From: an uncultured Gammaproteobacteria bacterium
GTDB taxonomy: Bacteria; Pseudomonadota; Gammaproteobacteria; Berkiellales; Berkiellaceae
Assembly (NCBI GenBank): GCA_963803015.1
Contig: CAWDKV010000011.1
Location: 675,021 to 739,020 of the forward strand
Length of the DNA: 64,000 bases
Direction: 5' to 3'
Shown here: positions 31,201 to 37,989 of the stretch, in pieces
How positions within the stretch are numbered: position 1 is the stretch's first letter
How the letters are laid out: each line of letters opens with the position of its first letter
Notes under the pieces: model-generated
What the model saw: the letters and a program-made list of their open reading frames with translations, nothing else
The model's database searches: none
Told to the model about the DNA's origin: nothing
Translations under genes and position numbers: made by a program

Positions 31201-32197
31201 GCGAACAGCAGCAACGCCAACACCAACTGATACGAGCACAAGCACTTTTGAGGCATTGGAGAAAGGATTAAAAGCAGCTCGTCCAGCAGCGCCAGTAAGA
31301 AAGTTGTCACCTACTCCCGCACCAGTTCTGACAGCAAAACCAGCGGTTATTCCAGCAGCAAAACCAGCACCAATAGCACCACCAATTGGAAAGCCAGCCG
31401 TAGTTGCTGCTGTTCCTGCACCAGCTGCTTCTGTTGCTGCACCAATAGCCAAACCAGTGGCGCCACCTCCTGCAGCGCCTAAATCATTCCTTGGTCGCAT
31501 GGCAGATCGCGTGGCGGGAGCTTTGGGGTTTTCAGCTCCTGAACCCCCTCCAGCAAAGGTAAAACAAGCAGGTACACCACAGCCTCTGCGGGTTTCAGTG
31601 ACAGCAGTACTGCCAGCAGATGCAGATCCTGTTCCTGTTATTACCCCGGGGCAGCAGCCTACAGCCATTACCCATATGCTTAATACAAAAGCAGGTCCGG
31701 CTCAAGCTATGTCAGGTCTGCACATTGATATCAAAACGCTACAACAAAAAATTGAGCCTATCAAAGCAACTTATGGTATTGCAAACGCCACTTATGGCGA
31801 TACACCACCTCATACCACAAGAGGACTTGCCAACAAACCAACGCTTACTTTAGACATACCAGATACAACTAAACCTAACGTTAAGAATTTTGTCTATCTG
31901 CAAAATGACGCCACTGGCGGCGTTGAATTTCGTGCTTCTCAAAGTGCACTAGAATCTGAATCTACACTCAAAAATATATGCAAGTTAGCAGTTGAACAAG
32001 CCGGGCCTGGTACTAATTTTCAAAACGTAAATGCAAGAATTAAGGAACATCTAGAAAATGCTATCAGAGATTTGCCAACAGATAGGGCCGCTCAATTAAA
32101 TTTAACGGTAGAAGGACAAAAGATTGCGCCTCGCGCACTAGCAGCATCTCCAGCGCCAGCAACTACACCACCAACACCTACATCTAAACAAGGTTAA
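28226..32197 (+). CDS. Large Pro/Ala-rich multidomain protein: polyPro tracts, WASP-like CA segment, DH (RhoGEF)-like domain, coiled coil and a C-terminal domain shared with the next gene
   Basis: The track ORF begins at GTG 28193. I prefer ATG 28226 because of the SD AAGAGGA at 28211..28217 (8-nt spacing). This gives about 1323 aa. See the domain features and findings for motifs. Confidence 0.85.
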   Translation: MPKDEENKAPEVDQWGDPIIPASKTGTPDSKDSEKLTPEQMRNALKGGFQQALGNKGVAEIKKTDAAKEIMQDQKGLSVQERIKLAEEEKKRKAEEAKAAEAAAANAETAAQVTTSSFSASSAPPPPPPPGKAPPPPPPPGKGKGAFPKAPAAASAPVVEATAKPASPIASASDAAAGGPEQLTDKAKLAASIAAGLQKKNIRAAVADDENENDQDEKNDQDEIWEDDAPAIAKGKAAAAPPSPPVAAASAEPTAAPAAQPAAALAEPDTPPAASSFYTLSEDELPPADTYQPIAEPTNILSRQQIEKLDEFISTEESSRNGSFTNEIITQFTEVIDEEIKRGKFNSSQREKLENLRTLVKHAENLNESSKKVESALKEYATSPGNVKNQTELSQALEAHYQNLETYTTVYNKCLYPIGGLQTDSNFSALFDKLNSISTSLPAPINFTTGQAGKPLNFETRAMAPIQRGPRYSLLLNELITLSPENLVQKQFLTDLVTANQQSNIRMNSSTLINPAAEVEKKAKAEKKAKVKVEKTAKTATSTSFFGNIVETVGTTLGILPAKSGIAKTEATATSLPVTESTARAASAPPALVTPPVPPPPAEAMPSIDLTENEPLTDESEPEPAVGSDTESDIEDEGSDIEEEAEQATPSATDEVKAPRPPLRSSYTAPLPPLSAQSPGAKSSAAASSGAPPAAATTAGTAAAKSDPPPPPPRSKLLATATTAATTAATTAATTAATTAATTAAATPAATTPAATTPAATTPAATTPAATTSAAATPIAKTPPGDKSSTPVDTSREEAENILKEHIENWPQVKGSGGEELGEQFVALVALALKALSLGGTVADIKFGKLFNDKSDELKNLNKEKIKLQGDIRTLENQLGQATPGSPEAQRLTTELTTKRGELSQVEARIASSANGTFEAGRQDLHAQVTSAGQDAAEMESAIFTAAPPPPPPRAPAATDPTIAGTKVAAAPPPPAAAIPAATQLKAPPPPPRTAATPTPTDTSTSTFEALEKGLKAARPAAPVRKLSPTPAPVLTAKPAVIPAAKPAPIAPPIGKPAVVAAVPAPAASVAAPIAKPVAPPPAAPKSFLGRMADRVAGALGFSAPEPPPAKVKQAGTPQPLRVSVTAVLPADADPVPVITPGQQPTAITHMLNTKAGPAQAMSGLHIDIKTLQQKIEPIKATYGIANATYGDTPPHTTRGLANKPTLTLDIPDTTKPNVKNFVYLQNDATGGVEFRASQSALESESTLKNICKLAVEQAGPGTNFQNVNARIKEHLENAIRDLPTDRAAQLNLTVEGQKIAPRALAASPAPATTPPTPTSKQG
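28595..28909 (+). other. Proline-rich plus connector-acidic (CA)-like module inside 28226..32197
   Basis: PPPPPPPGKAPPPPPPPGKGKG lies at 28595..28645. The helix KAKLAASIAAGLQKKNIRAAVA lies at 28781..28846. The acidic tail DDENENDQDEKNDQDEIWEDD lies at 28847..28909. Confidence 0.55.
29129..29730 (+). other. Dbl-homology (RhoGEF)-like domain inside 28226..32197
   Basis: The CR1-like motif is SRQQIEKLDEFISTEES. The CR2-region motif is YQNLETYTTVYNKCL. The CR3-like motif is GKPLNFETRAMAPIQRGPRYSLLLNELITLSPEN, with its PIQRGPRY..SPEN core at 29618..29683. The span of about 200 aa fits a DH domain. Confidence 0.65.
30389..30547 (+). repeat. In-frame coding tandem repeats: 12-bp ACAACAGCTGCA x6, then a 15-bp GCAACAACACCTGCT-type unit x5
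   Basis: The 12-mer units run 30389..30460 and encode (TTAA)6. A 12-bp transition unit follows. The 15-mer units run 30473..30547 and encode (ATTPA)5. Confidence 0.9.
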
Positions 32198-32211
32198 TTA
32201 AGGAGAAAATC

Positions 32212-34122
32212 ATGAGTTCAGGGGGGCCAAATGATTGGGATGACGATGACCATGAAGAAGAGGAAGATACACAAGCCGATAAGCATGTTGGTCAAAGAAG
32301 AGAAATGATCAATAAATTATTTGCAGGTAAATTGCAACCAGCATCGCCCGAGAATCCTCCTGGCCCTGTAGCAGTTGCCCCTACTGAAACTGATAGCTCT
32401 GAAAGCGCAACAAAGGAGAGTGTTCCTGCATCTAAACCACCACCACCCGCTCCTCCTTCGCCAATGAAGGGAAAGCTATCTCCAGCCTCGCCAGTGAATA
32501 AAGGAAAAGATGATTTATTAGCCGCGATTAGAGCAGGGAAAGACTTAAAAAAGGCTCCAACGTCTATAGCCAAACCTGCTGCTAAACCTGCACCTGCGCA
32601 ACCCGGTTTATTCGACGCCCTTTTGGTAAAGTTGGGAACACCTGCTGGATCATCTGATGGCGCTCCAATTAACGGACCAACAATTCAAAGAAAAATTGTA
32701 GGCTATACCACTCATTTATCTAAAGAAGCATTTCAAGAAAATCTTGAATCCGAGTTTGGTGTTGATGCTTTTAGCAAGGGAGATTTTATTCCCGTCTATG
32801 CGGGCCAAGAAGATCAATTTAAAGGTCCCGCTCAAAAGTTAGAAATTGATGTAGACCTAACGAAAGATACGTCAGGAATAATGCAATTTTGGCCACTTGA
32901 AATGCAACAAGGATTTAGTCGTGAATCAGGCTTAGCACCCGCACCAAATGTGCCTGCTGCAGCAGCCCGACTCCCTATAGAACCTTCTCTTGAAACAGTA
33001 GTACCGACACAACCGCTAAGAGCAGGTGAAGAAGTAGAAAGACAATCTTTAGAAGAATCTTCTCAAACCGACGAATTTCCATCCGAAACCGAATCTTTAC
33101 CAGACGATGATGAATCTCTGCCAGATGCAGAAGCCTTAGCTGGCGTAGAACCCTTACCAGACGCAGAAGTCTTACCAGACGCAGAAACCTTAGCAGATGA
33201 ATCTCTTTCTCCTCCCGAACCTCAAATCCCTGATATTTTGGCAGCAGGTGCTGCGCAAATGCCAGCTTTGAGTGGAGATCAAGTAACCTTACGCTCTCAA
33301 CCCCGTGTTGAACTTGAACTCAGCCTCGATGATACCGATGTCCCTCCTCCCCCTCCGCCCAGAAGAAAAAAAGACATAGACGTTGAAGCTACAAAACTAG
33401 CATCCCTACAAACAAAAGTAGTACCACCACCTCCTCCTCCCAGACGGGATGAAGGAGAAGAGGTCATGGACCTGTTTAGCGCATTAGCACCACAGCCAGC
33501 TGCCGCATCATCACCTGATTTATCTACAAAACGAAGCATACCCGTACGTGAATCAGACAGTCCTGAAGATGAAACCGTGGTTGAAGACTTTTTAACTGCA
33601 ACACCACCGACGGTTAGATTTGAGCCCCCTTCTAGAACAACACTATCCAATTTTCAATTGTTAACACAATCGATTAAAAACAAGGTTAATATTGATCCAA
33701 ATTACTATGGCGTAACAAGCCATCAGATTTTAGCGGCTAGACAATCAAGTGAAATGGGGCTAAATGCGACAGAAACTTTTAACTTGAAGATGAAAATGCA
33801 ACCTCCTGCTCAACCACCAAATTATGATATTCATATCCAAGATAATGGCCAAGCCGGTGTTGATTTCTATACTACTCATAAAAGTGAAGAAACTTTAACC
33901 AATATTTGTAAAATGGCAGTAGAGAACGCCGTGCTCGGCACAGATTTTAGCAGCATTCAAGATAGAGATGTTGAGCAACATTTACGCAAAGCGATTGAAA
34001 AGCTGCATAGAGATGACCCTGACAAAGCAGTCAGATTGAATTTATCTATCAATGGAGAAATCGTCCCGCCAAAACCAAGACCCAGCCGACGCCCTTCTCT
34101 TGGCGCTGAGAGAGAGCGGTAA
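32212..34122 (+). CDS. Pro-rich WH2-motif protein, a paralog of the upstream gene through its C-terminal domain
   Basis: 636 aa. A strong SD AAGGAG lies at 32199..32204, and the gap after the upstream stop is 14 nt, suggesting an operon. It has an N-terminal acidic-Trp stretch, a PRD, a WH2 motif, acidic LPDAE repeats, two PPPPPPRR motifs and a shared C-terminal domain. Confidence 0.85.
   Translation: MSSGGPNDWDDDDHEEEEDTQADKHVGQRREMINKLFAGKLQPASPENPPGPVAVAPTETDSSESATKESVPASKPPPPAPPSPMKGKLSPASPVNKGKDDLLAAIRAGKDLKKAPTSIAKPAAKPAPAQPGLFDALLVKLGTPAGSSDGAPINGPTIQRKIVGYTTHLSKEAFQENLESEFGVDAFSKGDFIPVYAGQEDQFKGPAQKLEIDVDLTKDTSGIMQFWPLEMQQGFSRESGLAPAPNVPAAAARLPIEPSLETVVPTQPLRAGEEVERQSLEESSQTDEFPSETESLPDDDESLPDAEALAGVEPLPDAEVLPDAETLADESLSPPEPQIPDILAAGAAQMPALSGDQVTLRSQPRVELELSLDDTDVPPPPPPRRKKDIDVEATKLASLQTKVVPPPPPPRRDEGEEVMDLFSALAPQPAAASSPDLSTKRSIPVRESDSPEDETVVEDFLTATPPTVRFEPPSRTTLSNFQLLTQSIKNKVNIDPNYYGVTSHQILAARQSSEMGLNATETFNLKMKMQPPAQPPNYDIHIQDNGQAGVDFYTTHKSEETLTNICKMAVENAVLGTDFSSIQDRDVEQHLRKAIEKLHRDDPDKAVRLNLSINGEIVPPKPRPSRRPSLGAERER
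32437..32637 (+). other. PRD - WH2 - linker - C-helix-like segment inside 32212..34122
   Basis: The proline-rich stretch is KPPPPAPPSP. The WH2 core LLAAIRAGKDLKKA lies at 32515..32556. A 16-aa Pro/Ala linker follows, then GLFDALLVKLG at 32605..32637. Confidence 0.6.
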
Positions 34123-34124
34123 AT

Positions 34125-35540
34125 TTAAATAATCCAATAATTGATAAAATCTGGGATTGCCATGCTTCCCAGATTTTTTTTATGCATAAGGGAATAAAGC
34201 GTATCTGCTTTATCTTCTGGATAAAATGCAGCAATGTTATGTTTAAACTTCTTCCATAATAGGGGAATGCCCTCTTTACGACGTAAGCGGTGTCCCAGTG
34301 GATATTCCGTAGTGTAAGTGAAGCTTTGACCATTCTTAAAATAAATCTCAAGCGTATTGGCGATGCTTCGCTTGGTTGGATCTAAATAATCCCTACTGAA
34401 TTGCTTATTCTCAACAACTTGCATTTTTCCACGCAATGGTTCAATCAATACGTTTTTAGCGTATTCATCTTCATAATGCTGTGCTGTCAGTGTTCCTTCT
34501 AGTAAGGCAACCGCGACCATATACTGTAAACAATGATCCCTATCTGCAGGATTGTTTAATGGCCCTTGTTTATCAATAATTCTGATGGCAGCCTGATGCG
34601 TTTTTATAATTATCTTATCAATATCCACCATATTATTTTTGACTTCTTGGTGAAGCGCTAAAGCACATTCCACAGCCGTTTGCGCATGAAATTCTGCCGG
34701 AAATGCAATTTTAAATAAAATATTTTCTATCACATAGGAGCCAAGTGGTTGCGATAAGGTTATGGGTTTACCTTGAAATAACACATCACTAAATCCCCAT
34801 TTTTTAGCGGAAATGGGCGTTTCATATCCCTCTTCTCCTTGCAGCGTTAAAAAGGCTAATCTGACCCCCCTGCTCACTGCGTCTCCAGCTGCCCATGATT
34901 TTCTGCTCCCGACATTAGGCGCATGGCGATAGGTTCTTAGTGCTTGTCCATCAACAAAGACTTGCGATAAGGCATGTATCACTTTTTCTTTGGTGCCCCC
35001 TAAAAGTTTTGTCACAATGCCTGTTATCGCAAGTTTAACTAAAATAACATGATCTAAACCCACCGCATTAAAACTGTGATCTAAGGCAATAACACCTTGA
35101 ATCTCATAAGCTTGTATCATAGCTGTATAGAGATCTTGCACAGTATAGACTTTGTTCGCAAAGTCTTGACTTCTTCTTGAAACAAAATCCATCACACTTA
35201 AAATGCCACCGATATTATCTGAAGGATGCCCCCATTCTGCTGCTAGCCATGTATCATTAAAGTCCAGCCAACGAATAAGAGTTGTCATATCAAAAGCAGC
35301 TTTTATAGGATCAAGCTCAAATGCCGTCCCGATGACACGTGCTCCGTTTTTAATGGTGGTATCTGTTACCCAGGGGCCACATAGTTTCGTACACGCAGGA
35401 AATGTCAGGGCTAATGCGGCGCACCCTAAACTATCTGCTAAACAAATGTGGGCTGTTTCAAAAGCAAGTGCGCTTTTTATTTGAGTGTCAAAAAGATAAT
35501 CTGCGATTTGAACAAGGAGGGGATCAACGTTGTTTTTCAC
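34125..35540 (-). CDS. prpD: 2-methylcitrate dehydratase
   Basis: 471 aa. IRWLDFNDTWLAAEWGHPSDNIGGIL and the overall colinearity match the PrpD/MmgE family. Its stop lies 2 nt from the stop of the convergent gene 32212..34122. Confidence 0.93.
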   Translation of the reverse strand: MKNNVDPLLVQIADYLFDTQIKSALAFETAHICLADSLGCAALALTFPACTKLCGPWVTDTTIKNGARVIGTAFELDPIKAAFDMTTLIRWLDFNDTWLAAEWGHPSDNIGGILSVMDFVSRRSQDFANKVYTVQDLYTAMIQAYEIQGVIALDHSFNAVGLDHVILVKLAITGIVTKLLGGTKEKVIHALSQVFVDGQALRTYRHAPNVGSRKSWAAGDAVSRGVRLAFLTLQGEEGYETPISAKKWGFSDVLFQGKPITLSQPLGSYVIENILFKIAFPAEFHAQTAVECALALHQEVKNNMVDIDKIIIKTHQAAIRIIDKQGPLNNPADRDHCLQYMVAVALLEGTLTAQHYEDEYAKNVLIEPLRGKMQVVENKQFSRDYLDPTKRSIANTLEIYFKNGQSFTYTTEYPLGHRLRRKEGIPLLWKKFKHNIAAFYPEDKADTLYSLMHKKNLGSMAIPDFINYWII

Positions 35541-35787
35541 TTTCTTTCTCTCATTCTTTTATGTCGCGAACAGGTTGTCTTCTCTTGTAAAGGATCGAGG
35601 CGGCGAAGCCGCGAGATGGATTTTATCAAGAAAGAAATCCCTCTTGCGCTTCCTGCTTCGCTATCGCTACGTAGGACAAGCCGCGCGTCTCCCTTTTACA
35701 AAGGGAGATAAATGGTTGCTACGCAACCCTCTCGATTATTTCAAGAGATAAAAAAGATGCTCAACTTTTCTTGCGTAACTTTAATCT

Positions 35788-36924
35788 TTACCCTCTTTTA
35801 TCAAGAGGTACAAATTTTTTAGGTGAAGGTCCTATATAATCTGCTGTTGGCCTAATTAATTTATTATTTTTTCTCTGTTCTAAAATATGTGCAACCCAAC
35901 CTGTTAAACGCGACATGACAAACAACGGCGTAAACATGTTAACAGGGATCCCACAAAAATAATAAGCACTAGCACTATAAAAATCTAAATTGGGGAAAAG
36001 CTTCTTTTGTTCCATCATGATTTGTTCAATTTGCTCTGAGATAGCAAAAACACTATGTTCACCTAATAGCTGACTTAACGTTTTAGCTTGCGCTTTGATA
36101 ATATCGGAACGTGGATCAGACACCGTATAAACTCTATGACCAAAACCCATAATAATTTCTTTCTTTTCTAGCTTCTTCAACATCCCCTCTTTAGCCTGCG
36201 CTGGATCATGGAATTGTTGAATTAGATGCAAAGCCGCTTCATTAGCGCCACCGTGCAAAGGCCCTTTGAGTGTACCAATAGCTGCTGTTAGCGCAGAATA
36301 GACATCAGACAACGTAGAAGCACACACTCTAGCAGTAAAGGTCGAGGCATTAAATTCATGTTCTGCGTACAGCATCAACGACATATCTAATGTTTTGGTT
36401 ATCACTTTAGCTATTTTATTTTCTTTATAGCTCTCACCATGGAGTAAGGCGAGAAAGTATTCTGCAACAGAATCAGCTTCTATTTCTAGATTAATTTTTT
36501 TACCTGACAAATGATAATGATACCAGTAGAGTAAAGCACCTGGAAAAACCATTAAAAGTCTATCTGCAATATCACTTGCTAAATGTGATTCGGATTCTGG
36601 CTCAATATTACCTAGTAAAGAGCAAACCGAACGCATCACATCCATCGCTTCTGTATGCGCAGGAATTTTTTCAAGAAGTTCTTTAATAAGAGGGGGCAAG
36701 CCTCTGTTTTTAGCTAATTTTTCTTTATATTGATTTAGTTGTTGCAGTGTCGGGAGTTCACCATAAATCAAAAGGTAGGCTACTTCTTCAAAACTTGCTT
36801 CTTTAGTTAAATCAAAAATAGAATAACCACGATAATGTAAATTATTCCCTTCATGGCCCACTGTGCAAATGGCTGTCTCGCCTGCTGTCACACCCGCCAG
36901 ACCACCAACTTTATTTTTTATCAT
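35788..36924 (-). CDS. prpC: 2-methylcitrate synthase
   Basis: 378 aa of the citrate-synthase family (GPLHGGANEAAL, MGFGHRVY, and NLDFYSA together with GWVAHILEQ), located between prpB and prpD. Confidence 0.92.
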   Translation of the reverse strand: MIKNKVGGLAGVTAGETAICTVGHEGNNLHYRGYSIFDLTKEASFEEVAYLLIYGELPTLQQLNQYKEKLAKNRGLPPLIKELLEKIPAHTEAMDVMRSVCSLLGNIEPESESHLASDIADRLLMVFPGALLYWYHYHLSGKKINLEIEADSVAEYFLALLHGESYKENKIAKVITKTLDMSLMLYAEHEFNASTFTARVCASTLSDVYSALTAAIGTLKGPLHGGANEAALHLIQQFHDPAQAKEGMLKKLEKKEIIMGFGHRVYTVSDPRSDIIKAQAKTLSQLLGEHSVFAISEQIEQIMMEQKKLFPNLDFYSASAYYFCGIPVNMFTPLFVMSRLTGWVAHILEQRKNNKLIRPTADYIGPSPKKFVPLDKRG

Positions 36925-37804
36925 CTTGCTTATCCATAAGTTGTAGATAATTATCTAGTTCTTGTTCATACGCGCCATAACGAATATAGTGATATAAATC
37001 TTGTCTACTCTGCATAATGCTGAGAACAGATTCTTGTGTACCATCTCGACGTATAGCGAAATAAACTTTTAGCGCTGCTGCATTCATTGCTCGAAAAGCA
37101 CTCAAAGGATAGAGAATCATGGCAACACCAGCATAGCCAAATTCTTGTACATTAAAATAAGGGGTTTTACCAAATTCAGTCATATTTGCTAAAACTGGAA
37201 TGGTGAGTGCTTCACAAAATTGTTTATATTGCTCTAAAGTGGTGAAGGCTTCTGCGAAAATAGCATCAGCTCCTGCAGCTTCATAAGCTAAAGCTCTTTC
37301 TATCGCTCTCTCTAAACCTTCTACCGCCAACGCATCAGTTCTTGCCATAACAACAAAGGAATCATGCTCACGACCATCAAGAGCGGCTTTAATTCTACCA
37401 ACCATATGTTGAGTGCTCACCACCGTTTTACCTTCACGGTGACCACATCGTTTAAAATCTTGTTGATCTTCAATATGCGCGCCAGCTGCCCCTGCGCGAG
37501 AAATTAATTTAAATGCCCGACGAATAGTCAGACCATTTCCCCAGCCTGTATCAACATCCACTAACAGCGGCAAAGTACAACTTGCAGTAATATGCTGAAC
37601 TTCCTCTAAAACGTCATTCAAGGAAGTCATGCCCAGATCAGGGAGGGCTAATTTAGCATTAGCAACACTGGCTCCTGAAAGATAGATAGCCTGAAACCCG
37701 ACTTGCTCGGCAATGCGAGCACAGAGTGCGTTCACAACCCCGACAATTTGCAGAGGGTTTTCGCGAGCGATAGCATCACGTAGCATTATACCTGGGTAGT
37801 TCAT
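36911..37804 (-). CDS. prpB: Methylisocitrate lyase
   Basis: 297 aa of the ICL/PEP-mutase family (LLVDVDTGWGN, KRCGHREGK). It overlaps prpC by 14 nt and has an AAAGGAG SD. Confidence 0.92.
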   Translation of the reverse strand: MNYPGIMLRDAIARENPLQIVGVVNALCARIAEQVGFQAIYLSGASVANAKLALPDLGMTSLNDVLEEVQHITASCTLPLLVDVDTGWGNGLTIRRAFKLISRAGAAGAHIEDQQDFKRCGHREGKTVVSTQHMVGRIKAALDGREHDSFVVMARTDALAVEGLERAIERALAYEAAGADAIFAEAFTTLEQYKQFCEALTIPVLANMTEFGKTPYFNVQEFGYAGVAMILYPLSAFRAMNAAALKVYFAIRRDGTQESVLSIMQSRQDLYHYIRYGAYEQELDNYLQLMDKQDDKK

Positions 37805-37989
37805 GACTGCTCCTTTCTCATCCCATTTTGTCTTTAGGCGTTGTTGTCTACGCCTAGCCTACGCGTGCCCCTTAAGGGTAAAAACAAACTGGTTCGAGTA
37901 TATCCTCTTTTCATTTTTGCTTTAGACGTGCTTTGAGTATATTTATAATAATAACTGGTAAATGCTATCCTCTCCATCTTTGTTATTAT

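Noticed and set aside
28444-33650. Long antisense and alternative-frame ORFs within the Pro/Ala-rich genes: 28444..28782(-), 29689..30630(-, 313 aa), 30192..30731(-), 30937..31668(-, 243 aa), 32292..32573(-) and 33297..33650(-).
   Set aside because: They lie entirely inside the two long sense ORFs. They translate to low-complexity G/A/V strings, the reverse complements of Pro/Ala codon runs. They stay open only because GC-rich repeats lack stop codons. None has an SD.
35448-35751. Two overlapping + strand ORFs (87 and 73 aa) in the prpD-prpC spacer.
   Set aside because: They start inside prpD antisense sequence and lack an SD. Their Arg/Ser/Leu-rich translations are produced by the hairpin repeats. 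The region is better explained as structured non-coding DNA.
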